Positions 9,556 to 18,477 are shown, counted from the stretch's first letter. The stretch: DNA of 64,000 nt from Terriglobia bacterium (GCA_965223005.1 CBDCVK010000010.1:1504001-1568000); one strand, 5' to 3'. Notes: generated from the letters alone by a model not told the origin. Numbers and translations: made by a program.

Positions 9556-9982
9556 ATTTGCAGGTCTCGAACGTGGCACGCTGCTCCCCACTGGCGCCTT
9601 TCCAGAACACCGTCAGGGTCACCAGCACCAACGGCGGCAGCGCCGCCCTTTGCTCGACGGCAGCTATTCCGGCAGGCCCGGGAGGCCCAGCAGGGTTCCA
9701 GCGCCGAATTTCCGCCTCCCAGCGAACGCTTTCGTCCCAGCGGCCGGCCAGTCGGCCCGGCGCGAGCGGTTGCTCGACCAGCAACCGGTTCAATTGCGCG
9801 CGGCCCACCAGCACCGCCCTTTCGTAGTTTTCCGCGCGAGCCAGGTTGCGCAGTGAGCCCGACATGCCGCTCATCAACGCCGCGACCGCAATTCCCACCA
9901 GCGCCATGGCTATCAGCACTTCCAGCAGCGTGAACCCAGCGCCGGCAACCGCGGATTGCGGATTGCGGATTGCGGGTTTCAT
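9530..9982 (-). CDS. gspI: Minor pseudopilin GspI
   Basis: G|FTLLEVLIAM motif; gene order. Confidence 0.8.
   Translation of the reverse strand: MKPAIRNPQSAVAGAGFTLLEVLIAMALVGIAVAALMSGMSGSLRNLARAENYERAVLVGRAQLNRLLVEQPLAPGRLAGRWDESVRWEAEIRRWNPAGPPGPAGIAAVEQRAALPPLVLVTLTVFWKGASGEQRATFETCKYEPQLQRQ
9951..9978 (+). repeat. Heptamer array (GCGGATT)x3 plus GCGGGTT inside the gspI leader
   Basis: Seen directly; encodes PAIRNPQSA. Confidence 0.85.
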
Positions 9983-10497
9983 CGGCGCTCCCACTCCACG
10001 CGAGGCAGCGCGGTCAGCACATCAAACTCCACCGTGGCGGCGCGGCCGCGGGCATTCACCAGCCGAAACGTCACCTGAGGCGTCCCACCGTCGGGCGGGA
10101 AAACGAAGGTGCGCCTCCGTTCTGGCTGGAGCACGATTTCTGGAGGCAATTGCCACGTCCGCCGGTAGGACGGTTCCCCGCTGGCTGCGGCTCCTTTCAG
10201 GTCCTCCAGTTCAACAAGGCGCCGTTCCGGGTCCACCGTCACCTGGCAGACGGTCTGTTGACGCAAGGCGCGCACGCGGGCGTAGCGGAAGGTGTTCGCC
10301 AGCCGGTCGGCAGCCGACTTCAGCCGCAAGGTATCCAGACCGGCGGTCACGCTGGGAAACACGATGGCTCCCAGCAGAGCGATGATCGTCAGCACGACCA
10401 CCATCTCCAGCAGCGTGATGCCGCGACAGTGGAGACAGGTCTTCCGGCCTGTCCGACCCGCGGTGACATTTGTCCTAGTGCTTCCAGCTCGCCACAT
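9979..10497 (-). CDS. gspH: Minor pseudopilin GspH/FimT-like (start uncertain)
   Basis: G|ITLLEMVVV motif, ARVRAL, FVFPPDG. Confidence 0.75.
   Translation of the reverse strand: MWRAGSTRTNVTAGRTGRKTCLHCRGITLLEMVVVLTIIALLGAIVFPSVTAGLDTLRLKSAADRLANTFRYARVRALRQQTVCQVTVDPERRLVELEDLKGAAASGEPSYRRTWQLPPEIVLQPERRRTFVFPPDGGTPQVTFRLVNARGRAATVEFDVLTALPRVEWERR
10429..10454 (+). repeat. REP-like palindrome GTGG-A-GACAGGTC-TTCC-GGCCTGTC-C in the gspH leader region
   Basis: GTGG tetranucleotide followed by an 8-bp hairpin. Confidence 0.5.
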
Positions 10498-10909
10498 CGG
10501 CGTCTTCACCCTCTCCACCTTCTTGGCCGTCAGCGCCATGGGAAATAATCTCGGGCTCATCGCCATGCTCACCCGGGTAGCGGTAGATGTAGGACCGCCC
10601 CCAGGGATCGTCAGGGATGTCCTGGGGCAGGTAGGGACCGTCCCAAAGCTCCACTCCTTGCGGCTGGATCCGGAGAGCTTCCAGGCCCTGCTCGGTGGTG
10701 GGGAATCTGCCGGTGTCCAGTTTGTGTATGCCCAGGGCGGTCATGAAGCCGTTGATCTGCTCCCGGGCCGCTGTTTGCTTGGCGGCGCTGACTTTCTTCC
10801 ACATGCGCGGCAGCACCAGCGCGCTGAACAGCGCAATGATGGTTACCACCACCAGCAGCTCAATCAGCGTCACGCCGCGGGCGGTTGCCTTTTCCCTTTT
10901 GCTTTTCAT
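10475..10909 (-). CDS. gspG: Major pseudopilin GspG
   Basis: G|VTLIELLVV, KLDTGRFPTTEQGLEAL, WDGPYL, DPWG, GADGQEGGEGEDADV. Confidence 0.95.
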   Translation of the reverse strand: MKSKREKATARGVTLIELLVVVTIIALFSALVLPRMWKKVSAAKQTAAREQINGFMTALGIHKLDTGRFPTTEQGLEALRIQPQGVELWDGPYLPQDIPDDPWGRSYIYRYPGEHGDEPEIISHGADGQEGGEGEDADVASWKH

Positions 10910-10976
10910 ATTGTCTGGCAAGGTCCTCCCCTCACTGTGCATCCATACTGTTGGCGGGCAACCCATCACGTCCCTC

Positions 10977-12194
10977 CTAGAAGGGCACATCATTGATGCT
11001 GACGATGCCCAACAACATGGATAGCACCATCCCTCCGACCAGCAACCCCATGACCAGGATCACCAGCGGTTCAAACAGAGCCGTGGCGCGCTTGATCGCG
11101 GCCCGGGTGTCGTTGTCGTAGATGTCAGCCATGCGCTGGAACATGGCATCCAGCCTGCCAGTCTCCTCGCCGACGGTGAGCAGGTGTCCCGCCAGCGGAG
11201 GAAAGGCACCGGTTTTGCGCAGCGGCCCAGCCAGGCCCTCACCGCGCTGCACGCCCTGCGCGACTGCCGCCAGGGACTCTTCCATCACGACGTTGCCCAG
11301 CAAACCCTTCACGACCCTCAAGGCCTGCAGCAGCGGCACGCCGTTGGCCAGCAGGGTGGCCATGGTGCGGGCGAATCGCGCCGTCTCCACCTTGCGGAAC
11401 ACGTCGCCGGCCAGCGGCAGCTTCAACTTCCACGCGTGCCAGCGCCGCCGACCCGCAGGAGTGCGCACGTAGTAGCGCGCACCGCCGATCACGGCCGCTA
11501 GGGCCAGTGCTGCCATCCAGCCGTAGCGGCGGAGCAGGTCACTGGCCGCCAACAGCAGGTAGGTGGGCGTGGGCACGGGAACGCCCGATTCGGAAAACAC
11601 CTGCGCAAATCTGGGAATCACGTAGTTCATCATCACGAAAATCGAACCGACCCCGACCAGCGCCAGCAGCAGCGGGTAGATCATCGCCGAGATCAGGTAG
11701 CCGCGCAGCTCATCGGAGGAGCGCTCCAGGTCCGCCAGCCGCTCCAGCGCCACGCCCAGAGCCCCGGAGGCCTCGCCGGCGCGGATCATGTTCCGGTACA
11801 GTTCGGAAAACACCTCCGGGTGCGTCTCCAGACTGTCGGCCAGCGACTTGCCCCCCTTCAACTCCTGCAGGGCTTCGGTAATGACGCTGCGAAACGCTTT
11901 CCGCTCCGTCAACTCCGCGCAGATGGAAAGCGCGCGATCCAGCGGCAGTCCGGAATTGGCCAAGGTGGAAAGCTCCTGGGTAAAGAAGAGCCGATCGCGC
12001 GAGCGCACACGACTCCGGCCGAGCCAGGGCAGCGCCACGCGCGCCGCGGCTGGCTGACTGCGGGTACCGATGTAGACCGGCACCAGCCCCCGTTGTTGCA
12101 ACTCGCGGGCGACGGCCTTCTCGGTCGCTCCGGAAAGAGCGCCCTGAGCGGGTTTGCCAGCCATCGTCACCGCGCGGTAGAAAAACTCAGGCAT
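10977..12194 (-). CDS. gspF: T2SS inner-membrane platform protein GspF
   Basis: Two T2SSF domains, AGEASGAL, VGEETGRLD, LFEP. Confidence 0.95.
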   Translation of the reverse strand: MPEFFYRAVTMAGKPAQGALSGATEKAVARELQQRGLVPVYIGTRSQPAAARVALPWLGRSRVRSRDRLFFTQELSTLANSGLPLDRALSICAELTERKAFRSVITEALQELKGGKSLADSLETHPEVFSELYRNMIRAGEASGALGVALERLADLERSSDELRGYLISAMIYPLLLALVGVGSIFVMMNYVIPRFAQVFSESGVPVPTPTYLLLAASDLLRRYGWMAALALAAVIGGARYYVRTPAGRRRWHAWKLKLPLAGDVFRKVETARFARTMATLLANGVPLLQALRVVKGLLGNVVMEESLAAVAQGVQRGEGLAGPLRKTGAFPPLAGHLLTVGEETGRLDAMFQRMADIYDNDTRAAIKRATALFEPLVILVMGLLVGGMVLSMLLGIVSINDVPF

Positions 12195-12222
12195 TTTTTA
12201 CACTCGCGCCGGCATCGCGGCG

Positions 12223-13863
12223 CTACACGTCTTGCGTCACCCGAACCACTTCCTCCACTGTGGTCACGCCTTGATAGACCTTGTCCCAGCCGTCCTCTTT
12301 CAAAGTGCGCATCCCATTGCTCCGGGCAGCGCCCGTTAGCACGCTGGCATCGGCGTTCTGCACCACCAGGCGGCGAATTTCGTCGTTCACATCCATCAGC
12401 TCAAGGATGCCCAGTCGCCCGCGGTAGCCGATGTGGGAACAGCGATCGCACCCGGCGCCGCGATACACCGGGCGGTCAAGCGCCGCCTGGCGCTCATCCA
12501 CCACCCGGCAGTGCGGGCAAATCACGCGCACCAGCCGCTGGGCCAGCACCGCCAGCAGAGAAGAAGAGATCAGGTAGTTCTCCACTCCCATGTCGGTCAG
12601 CCGGGTCACAGCGCTAGGGGCGTCGTTGGTGTGCAGCGTGGAGAAGACCAGGTGGCCTGTCAGGGCAGCCCGGATGGCGATCTCGGCCGTTTCCAGGTCC
12701 CGGATCTCCCCGACCATGATCACGTCCGGGTCCTGACGCACGATGTGCCGCAGGCCGGCGGCAAACGTCAGCCCGATCTGCGGGTTGACGTGGATCTGGT
12801 TGATGCCGTCCATCTGGTATTCCACCGGGTCCTCGATGGTGATGATCTTCTTGTCGGGCAGATTGATTCGCTTCAAGGCCGAGTACAGAGTGGTGGACTT
12901 GCCGCTGCCAGTCGGTCCGGTCACCAGGAAGATCCCGTGGGGCTGCGAGGTGTGGTGCTCCATACGCGCCAGCATTGTTTCGGGAAAGCCCAGGCTGCGG
13001 AGTTCGTAGAAGTCGCCGGCCGAGCGGTCCAGCAGGCGCATCACGACGCTCTCGCCGTACAGGGTGGGCAGCGTGGAGACACGCAGGTCCACCTCCTTGC
13101 CGAGCGTCCGCAGTTGGATACGGCCGTCCTGAGGCAAGCGCCGCTCGGCGATGTTGAGCCGGGCCATCAGCTTCAGGCGTGAGATCACCGCCGCACGCAA
13201 CTCGCGCGGCGGCGCGTCGCGGTTGTAGAGCACCCCGTCAATGCGGTAGCGGACGCGAAACTCCTTCTCGAAGGGCTCCAGGTGGATGTCGGAGGCGCGC
13301 TGCTCGACAGCCCGCGCGATCATGTTGTTGACCAGCCGGATCACTGGGGCTTCGCTGGCCATGTCGCGTAGCTGCTCGACATCCTGGGTCTCGGCGCCAC
13401 CGACGGCGGCCGTTGCACTGCCGGAGCCAGTCGCCTCCTCCTCGCCCGGGAAGTACTTCTCCAGGGCCGCAAGAATGTCAGTCTCGGGTGCCAGCAGCGC
13501 GCGCACGTTCAGCTTGGTGTAGAGCCGGACCGCAGAGATGGTTTCAAAGTCGAGCGGGTCAGCCATAGCCAGCGTCACGGTGGAATCCTCTACCGCCAGG
13601 GGCAGGAAACGGAACTGGCGCAGGAAGCGGGCTGAAAGGCCTTCGATGGCCGGTGACACGGCTGGAAATTCCGCTGCCCCGACGATGGGGATTTCCAACT
13701 GCTCGGAGAGCGCGGCCAGCACGTCGCGGGCGGCGACGTAGCCCAGGTCCGAGAGGAGCTTGCCCAGCTTGTCGCGCCGCAGCGACTGCACCGCCAGGGC
13801 CTTCTCCAGTTCCTCGGTCTCCAGCTGTCCTCGCTCCGCCAGGATCTCGCCCAGGCGGCGCAT
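12223..13863 (-). CDS. gspE: T2SS ATPase GspE
   Basis: Walker A GPTGSGKST, TIEDPVE, RQDPDVIMVGEIRD, CPHC...CDRC; N-terminal RLGEIL...KLGKLL (MshEN-like). Confidence 0.96.
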   Translation of the reverse strand: MRRLGEILAERGQLETEELEKALAVQSLRRDKLGKLLSDLGYVAARDVLAALSEQLEIPIVGAAEFPAVSPAIEGLSARFLRQFRFLPLAVEDSTVTLAMADPLDFETISAVRLYTKLNVRALLAPETDILAALEKYFPGEEEATGSGSATAAVGGAETQDVEQLRDMASEAPVIRLVNNMIARAVEQRASDIHLEPFEKEFRVRYRIDGVLYNRDAPPRELRAAVISRLKLMARLNIAERRLPQDGRIQLRTLGKEVDLRVSTLPTLYGESVVMRLLDRSAGDFYELRSLGFPETMLARMEHHTSQPHGIFLVTGPTGSGKSTTLYSALKRINLPDKKIITIEDPVEYQMDGINQIHVNPQIGLTFAAGLRHIVRQDPDVIMVGEIRDLETAEIAIRAALTGHLVFSTLHTNDAPSAVTRLTDMGVENYLISSSLLAVLAQRLVRVICPHCRVVDERQAALDRPVYRGAGCDRCSHIGYRGRLGILELMDVNDEIRRLVVQNADASVLTGAARSNGMRTLKEDGWDKVYQGVTTVEEVVRVTQDV

Positions 13864-14468
13864 CAGAATTGCCGTAAGCTGATCACCCTGGCCAGCCCTG
13901 CCGACCCCGGCTTGCGCCCCCCATCTTGCAGCTCCAGCAGGGCCTGGCGTTGCGCCTGCAGGACCACCTGGCCGGGAATTTCCGGGTAAGGCCGGGGATT
14001 GAACAGGTGAATGACCAAGGCCAGATTCTCCTCCGCGCCCAGTTGCGTTAGCCCGGCGCTTTCAGCCAGAAGCAGATCCCGGAGCCTGGATTGCAACTGT
14101 TGTAGCCGTCTCCGCTTCTGCTCGCGTTCGGTTTTCAGCTCCTTCTCCGAGAAGGCACTCGGCGCAAAGGGGGAAATAAAGCGCATCGGGTAGAGGTTCA
14201 CTTCCGCATGAACCATGACTCCGAATCCGGCGAGATAGGCGCTCTTGGGTTCCTGAAGAACGGCAAACGGCCGGTTCTCGAACATCTGCTGCAGGGAAGC
14301 GTTGACGGCGAGCTCCAATTGCTGCATCTGCCGCTTCAGCTCCGCTTGCTTCTTGCCAGCCGCAGTGGCCTGCGACTGCGGCACGGCAAGCCACAGCGCC
14401 GCCCCCATGGCCAGCAGAATCGCCAGACAAATCCGCAATCCGAAATTCGCAATGTGCAATCGTTTCAT
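13863..14468 (-). CDS. Exported hypothetical protein encoded with the anti-sigma factor
   Basis: Signal peptide; overlaps both neighbouring genes. Confidence 0.75.
   Translation of the reverse strand: MKRLHIANFGLRICLAILLAMGAALWLAVPQSQATAAGKKQAELKRQMQQLELAVNASLQQMFENRPFAVLQEPKSAYLAGFGVMVHAEVNLYPMRFISPFAPSAFSEKELKTEREQKRRRLQQLQSRLRDLLLAESAGLTQLGAEENLALVIHLFNPRPYPEIPGQVVLQAQRQALLELQDGGRKPGSAGLARVISLRQF
14430..14462 (+). repeat. Degenerate heptamer array AATCCGC AATCCGA AATTCGC AATGTGC
   Basis: Seen directly; reverse complement of the gspI array motif. Confidence 0.7.
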
Positions 14469-15190
14469 GGCTGTTCGCCTTTCTCCGCCGGCAGACGGCT
14501 GGCTACCATTTCCAGCGCCAGACGGTTCCGGTCGGCATCCTTATAGAAAATGGTTTGGGTCCGCTCAAAGTACCGCATCTGTTCGGCGAGGGAAGCGAAC
14601 GCTGCCCGTTGGCGGCGTTCCAGTCGCGCGGCTGCGGTTCCGATGAGCGCCTCGGCTTCCGCCTGCTGCCGCGCTTCGCTCTGGTGAACGGCAGCGTCCA
14701 CCAGCCCCGCCACCTGCTCGCGGGTCAAGCCCGCTGACACCGGGCCGGCGGCCGCGGAGCCGGTGGCCGGCGCCGCCAGGCCGGCGGAGGCAGAGCCAGT
14801 CGCCGGCGCCGCTCTCTGCTGAGAAGCGCCGAAGGCAATCTCCCACCGTTCCTGTTCCAGGACGACTCGCACGCGGGCCAGCGCCAGTGCCCCAACCAGC
14901 AGGGCGACAGCCGCGGCCACTCCCACCGGCACAGCAAAGGCGCGCCGCCAGAACCCACTGCGTCCGAACAGACCTGCCTCCTGGCTGGCGCCCACGAATG
15001 CAATGCGCCGTGGCACTTCCTCCTGCGGCAGGCCCTGGACGAGAAGCTTCCGCGCCAGGTCCAGATCGGTCAGCTGGGCCCGGCAGGCATCGCACACCTG
15101 CAGGTGCTCCTGTACCTGTTTCCGTTCGACCGGACCGGCCTCGGCCAGCGCCAGGTCCATTAGCATTTGTTTTGCTTGTCCGCACGTCAT
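14465..15190 (-). CDS. Zinc-finger (zf-HC2/ZAS) membrane anti-sigma factor
   Basis: C...HLQVCDAC (HxxxCxxC) plus TM; follows the ECF sigma gene. Confidence 0.88.
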   Translation of the reverse strand: MTCGQAKQMLMDLALAEAGPVERKQVQEHLQVCDACRAQLTDLDLARKLLVQGLPQEEVPRRIAFVGASQEAGLFGRSGFWRRAFAVPVGVAAAVALLVGALALARVRVVLEQERWEIAFGASQQRAAPATGSASAGLAAPATGSAAAGPVSAGLTREQVAGLVDAAVHQSEARQQAEAEALIGTAAARLERRQRAAFASLAEQMRYFERTQTIFYKDADRNRLALEMVASRLPAEKGEQP

Positions 15191-15267
15191 GACTCACCTC
15201 CTGCCCGCCGTAAGGGGGCAGCGCAGCCTCTCCGGCTGGACAGCAACAACGCCTGTCCAGGGGGTGG

Positions 15268-15903
15268 CTAGTGGTTGTGAAAGGCAGCCCGCGTCGCCAC
15301 ATCCTCGCCGAGAGCGTGCTTCAGTTGCTCGAACCCGGCGTAGACGCGGGATTTCACTGTGCTGAGGGGACAGGAGAGGATTTCGGCAATTTCGGCGAAC
15401 TTAAAGCCGTGAATCACCTTGAGCAGCAGGGCCTGGCGTTGCTCGAAGGGAAGCTCCTCCAGGGCGCGGGCGACTATCAACTCCAGCTCCAGCGGATACA
15501 GGCGCGGACCAGCGCCCAATACCACCTGAGCCTCGCCCCGCGAGGTGATTTCCCTTTCGCCCTCCTCCGGCCAACCGTCCGAATCAGCCCAGGCCGAATC
15601 AGCCTGGGGGCGGCGTCCGTCAGTGCGGAACTTCGAGCAGGCCAAGTTGTGCGCGATCCGGAAGAGCCACTGGGGGAACTTCTCGACATCGCCGAGCCTG
15701 ACCAGGCCGCGGTAAGCCTTCAGAAAGGCTTCCTGCGCCAAGTCCTGGGCGTCTTCCCGGTTGCCGGTGGTGCGCAGCAAGTAGTTGTACAGCTTTTTTT
15801 CCCAACGGGATACAAGGACGTTGTAGGCGTCCACCTCCCCGTGGGCCGCGCGGTCCACCAGCTCGCTATCCTCTGCCGTCCGAAACAGCAAATGGGCTCC
15901 CAC
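15268..15903 (-). CDS. ECF RNA polymerase sigma factor
   Basis: Region 2 (DAQDLAQEAFLKAY, WLFRIAHN) and region 4 (EIAEILSCPLSTVKSR). Confidence 0.93.
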   Translation of the reverse strand: MGAHLLFRTAEDSELVDRAAHGEVDAYNVLVSRWEKKLYNYLLRTTGNREDAQDLAQEAFLKAYRGLVRLGDVEKFPQWLFRIAHNLACSKFRTDGRRPQADSAWADSDGWPEEGEREITSRGEAQVVLGAGPRLYPLELELIVARALEELPFEQRQALLLKVIHGFKFAEIAEILSCPLSTVKSRVYAGFEQLKHALGEDVATRAAFHNH

Positions 15904-15907
15904 TTGG

Positions 15908-15935
15908 TCAGACGCCGCCGAAGCTCAAAAAGTCG
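15908..15935 (-). promoter_or_regulatory. Candidate ECF (RpoE-like) autoregulatory promoter
   Basis: cGACTT-N16-GTCTGA ending 4 nt before the GTG start, resembling the GAACTT-N16-TCTGA consensus; would give a leaderless transcript. Confidence 0.4.
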
Positions 15936-16292
15936 AACCCGCCGGCCGAAAGGTTGATAGGGAGTATACCACGCGCCCGATCAGCCCACGGGGCGTTCCG
16001 ATGCCCGATTCTGGATCCCCGAAGGTCACCGCGGAAAGCCTATGTATAGCCGTTAGTTGGCTTTGCATTGCAGTACATCCCCGGGTTGCGGTTTCTGATA
16101 CAGTGGGAGGGTGAGCTGCGGACGCTTTCGCCTGGGGCGGCCGCTGGGTACCGGCAAGCCGGAGGCTGCGGCCGCGATGGACTGCCCGTTCAGGAAGCAA
16201 GCTGAGGGAGCACCAGTTGAGTGAGCCGATGAAACGCCTGCCTCACCCAGCGCATCCATATTAGGAAACCCCTTAGGAAGCATGGAGAGATC

Positions 16293-17162
16293 ATGACAAG
16301 TTACGATTGGATCAGGAAGTGCAGCTTTGCTTTCATCGCTTTTATCCTGGCCGTTTCTCTGCCCCTGGTAGCGGTCGGCGGATCCCAGACGAACAACCAG
16401 CCGGCGGCCCCGCAAGTTGGACAGGCCAGGCCGGAGGCGCCGTCGGTGCCCACCGAGGAAATCATCCGCCGCTTCGCGGCTAAGGAGAAGGAATTCCAGA
16501 TCGCGCGCGGCAATTACACCTACCGGCAGACCGTCAAGGTGCAGGACCTGGAAGACGACGGGCGCATGCGCGGCCAGTTTGAAATGGTTAGCGACATCAT
16601 CTTCACCCCGAAGGGGAAGCGCATTGAGAGGGTAGTGTATGCACCAGTGAGCACCCTGCGCCGCTTTTCCATTTCGCCTGAAGATGAGCGGGACCTGCGT
16701 GAAATCCAGCCCTTCGTGCTCACCAGCGATGACATCCACAAGTACAACGTCCGCTACCTGGGGCGGCAGCGCGTAGACGAAATTGACACCTACGTCTTCT
16801 TCGTCAAGCCCAAGGCAATCAAGAAGGGCGAGCGCTACTTTGAGGGCCAGATCTGGGTGGATGACCGGGATCTACAGATCGTGAAAACTTACGGGAAAGC
16901 CGTTCCAGATATTCGGGGGAAAAAGGGGCGGGAGAACCTGTTCCCGCGCTTTGAAACCTACCGCGAGCAGATTGACGGCAAGTACTGGTTCCCCACCTAC
17001 ACCCGGGCTGACGACACGTTACATTTCCAGACCGGCCCGCAGCGCATCCGTATGATTGTGCGTTACCAGGATTACAAGCAGTTCCGCAGCCAGATCAAGG
17101 TCACCTTTGAGGGAGTCGACGAGCCGAAGTCGCAGCCACCGGCAGATCCAACGTCCCAATAG
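16293..17162 (+). CDS. Exported conserved protein (LolA/MucB-RseB-like fold suspected)
   Basis: Signal peptide, YFEGQIWVDDRDLQIVKTYGK, YWFPTYTRADD; RBS GGAGAG. Confidence 0.75.
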   Translation: MTSYDWIRKCSFAFIAFILAVSLPLVAVGGSQTNNQPAAPQVGQARPEAPSVPTEEIIRRFAAKEKEFQIARGNYTYRQTVKVQDLEDDGRMRGQFEMVSDIIFTPKGKRIERVVYAPVSTLRRFSISPEDERDLREIQPFVLTSDDIHKYNVRYLGRQRVDEIDTYVFFVKPKAIKKGERYFEGQIWVDDRDLQIVKTYGKAVPDIRGKKGRENLFPRFETYREQIDGKYWFPTYTRADDTLHFQTGPQRIRMIVRYQDYKQFRSQIKVTFEGVDEPKSQPPADPTSQ

Positions 17163-17404
17163 CTGCGAAACTCGTAGCGCTTGACCCACCTGGCAGCAGT
17201 GTTCACCTCTTTACGGTTGCGGTTCGGGTTTGCTCCATCTGATGAGCCGCACACAGGTACTTGGCATGAGCTACGGTCGTCAGCGATACTAGACGGGAAC
17301 GGGACTCGGGCAAAGAACTGAATCGAGATAGTTGTGAGGGCACGAGCGGGGGTTCATACTCCCGCCGGAGATTTCCCTCTGCCGGTGTCGGTGGCCGGTT
17401 TCCC

Positions 17405-18325
17405 ATGCTCTCCAAAGTTTTTCACGGGATTGGCAGCTTCATCTTCTGGACGTACGAGCGCGGAAGCTGGCAGTACGACCTGATGTCTGCCCTCATCCTG
17501 GCGTTCATCTTTTTGACTCCGCGCCAGTTTTTTCACGACCGGCCTATCTCTACCGAGGCGCGCCAGGTCATGGAACTGCCGGCGGCGCTACTGCTCCCCT
17601 GGCTGAGCGAGACCGCTGTTGCTGCCGCCACCAACAGCAGCTCCAGAAATTCCTACCGCCTCGCTGCTGAGGAAGGAACGCCCGGCCCGGCGCCCACACT
17701 GAAACAAGTGCTGGCGGCAATGGATGCGGCCGCCGCCCGCTTCCGGAGCGCGGTTGCCAAGGTCACCTACACGAAGGTGACTCTCCTGGTAGACGACAAG
17801 TCCATCGAGGAGGGCACTGTGTACTTCAAGCGCCATCGGCGCAAGCGCGATTTCAAGGTGCTGATTCACTTCCGCGAGCCGGCGGAAAAAATTGTGCTGT
17901 TCCGCGACGGCAAAGCGTGGATCTACCGGCCGGCGATTGCCCAAGTAGAGGAATACGACGTCTCGCGCAACCGGGAAGCCGTGGAGCAGTTCCTGCTGCT
18001 GGGCTTCGGCACCCCTGTCCGCCAGCTACAGGAGGCCTATCACGTCGTCCTGGCGGGCCCCGGGAGCAGCCAGGCGGGGGACCAGAAAACCTTGAAGCTG
18101 GAATTGGTTCCCAGATCGGCCACCACCAGCCGCCACATCCGGAAAGTAGAACTGTGGCTCTCCCGGGATACCTGGCAGCCCGTCCGGCAGCACTTCATCG
18201 AGCCCAGCGGCGACTACATGATCGTCGAATTCACAGGGACCAAACTAAACACCGCCATCCCCAATTCCCGCTTCAAGCTGAAACTGCGGGGCAAAGTAAA
18301 AAAGATCCGCCCCCAGGCCCTGTAG
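17405..18325 (+). CDS. LolA-like lipoprotein carrier with an N-terminal small membrane module
   Basis: C-terminal LolA-type motifs (GTVYFKR, PAEKIVLF, LELVP, VELWL); N-terminal YERGSWQYD plus TM. Confidence 0.75.
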   Translation: MLSKVFHGIGSFIFWTYERGSWQYDLMSALILAFIFLTPRQFFHDRPISTEARQVMELPAALLLPWLSETAVAAATNSSSRNSYRLAAEEGTPGPAPTLKQVLAAMDAAAARFRSAVAKVTYTKVTLLVDDKSIEEGTVYFKRHRRKRDFKVLIHFREPAEKIVLFRDGKAWIYRPAIAQVEEYDVSRNREAVEQFLLLGFGTPVRQLQEAYHVVLAGPGSSQAGDQKTLKLELVPRSATTSRHIRKVELWLSRDTWQPVRQHFIEPSGDYMIVEFTGTKLNTAIPNSRFKLKLRGKVKKIRPQAL

Positions 18326-18431
18326 GGCCAGTCCATGTAGGAATAGACCTTGCCCTTCCCGTCGGATTCAAAGCCAGCGACCAGCTTCAGAGCAAGCGAC
18401 CAGCTGGCCCAAGCAAACAGCGCCCGGCATT

Positions 18432-18464
18432 GAGTAGGTGGGGAGTAGGTGGGGAGTAAGTGGG
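18432..18464 (+). repeat. 11-bp tandem repeat x3 (GAGTAGGTGGG) between convergent genes
   Basis: Seen directly. Confidence 0.8.
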
Positions 18465-18477
18465 CAAACGCTCCGTC

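Noticed and set aside
16057-16073. sigma54 promoter TTGGCTTTGCATTGCA
   Set aside because: The GG-to-GC spacing is 9, not the required 10.
17163-17255. Hammerhead ribozyme (GAAA ... CTGATGAG)
   Set aside because: Stem I cannot form and stem II is mismatched.
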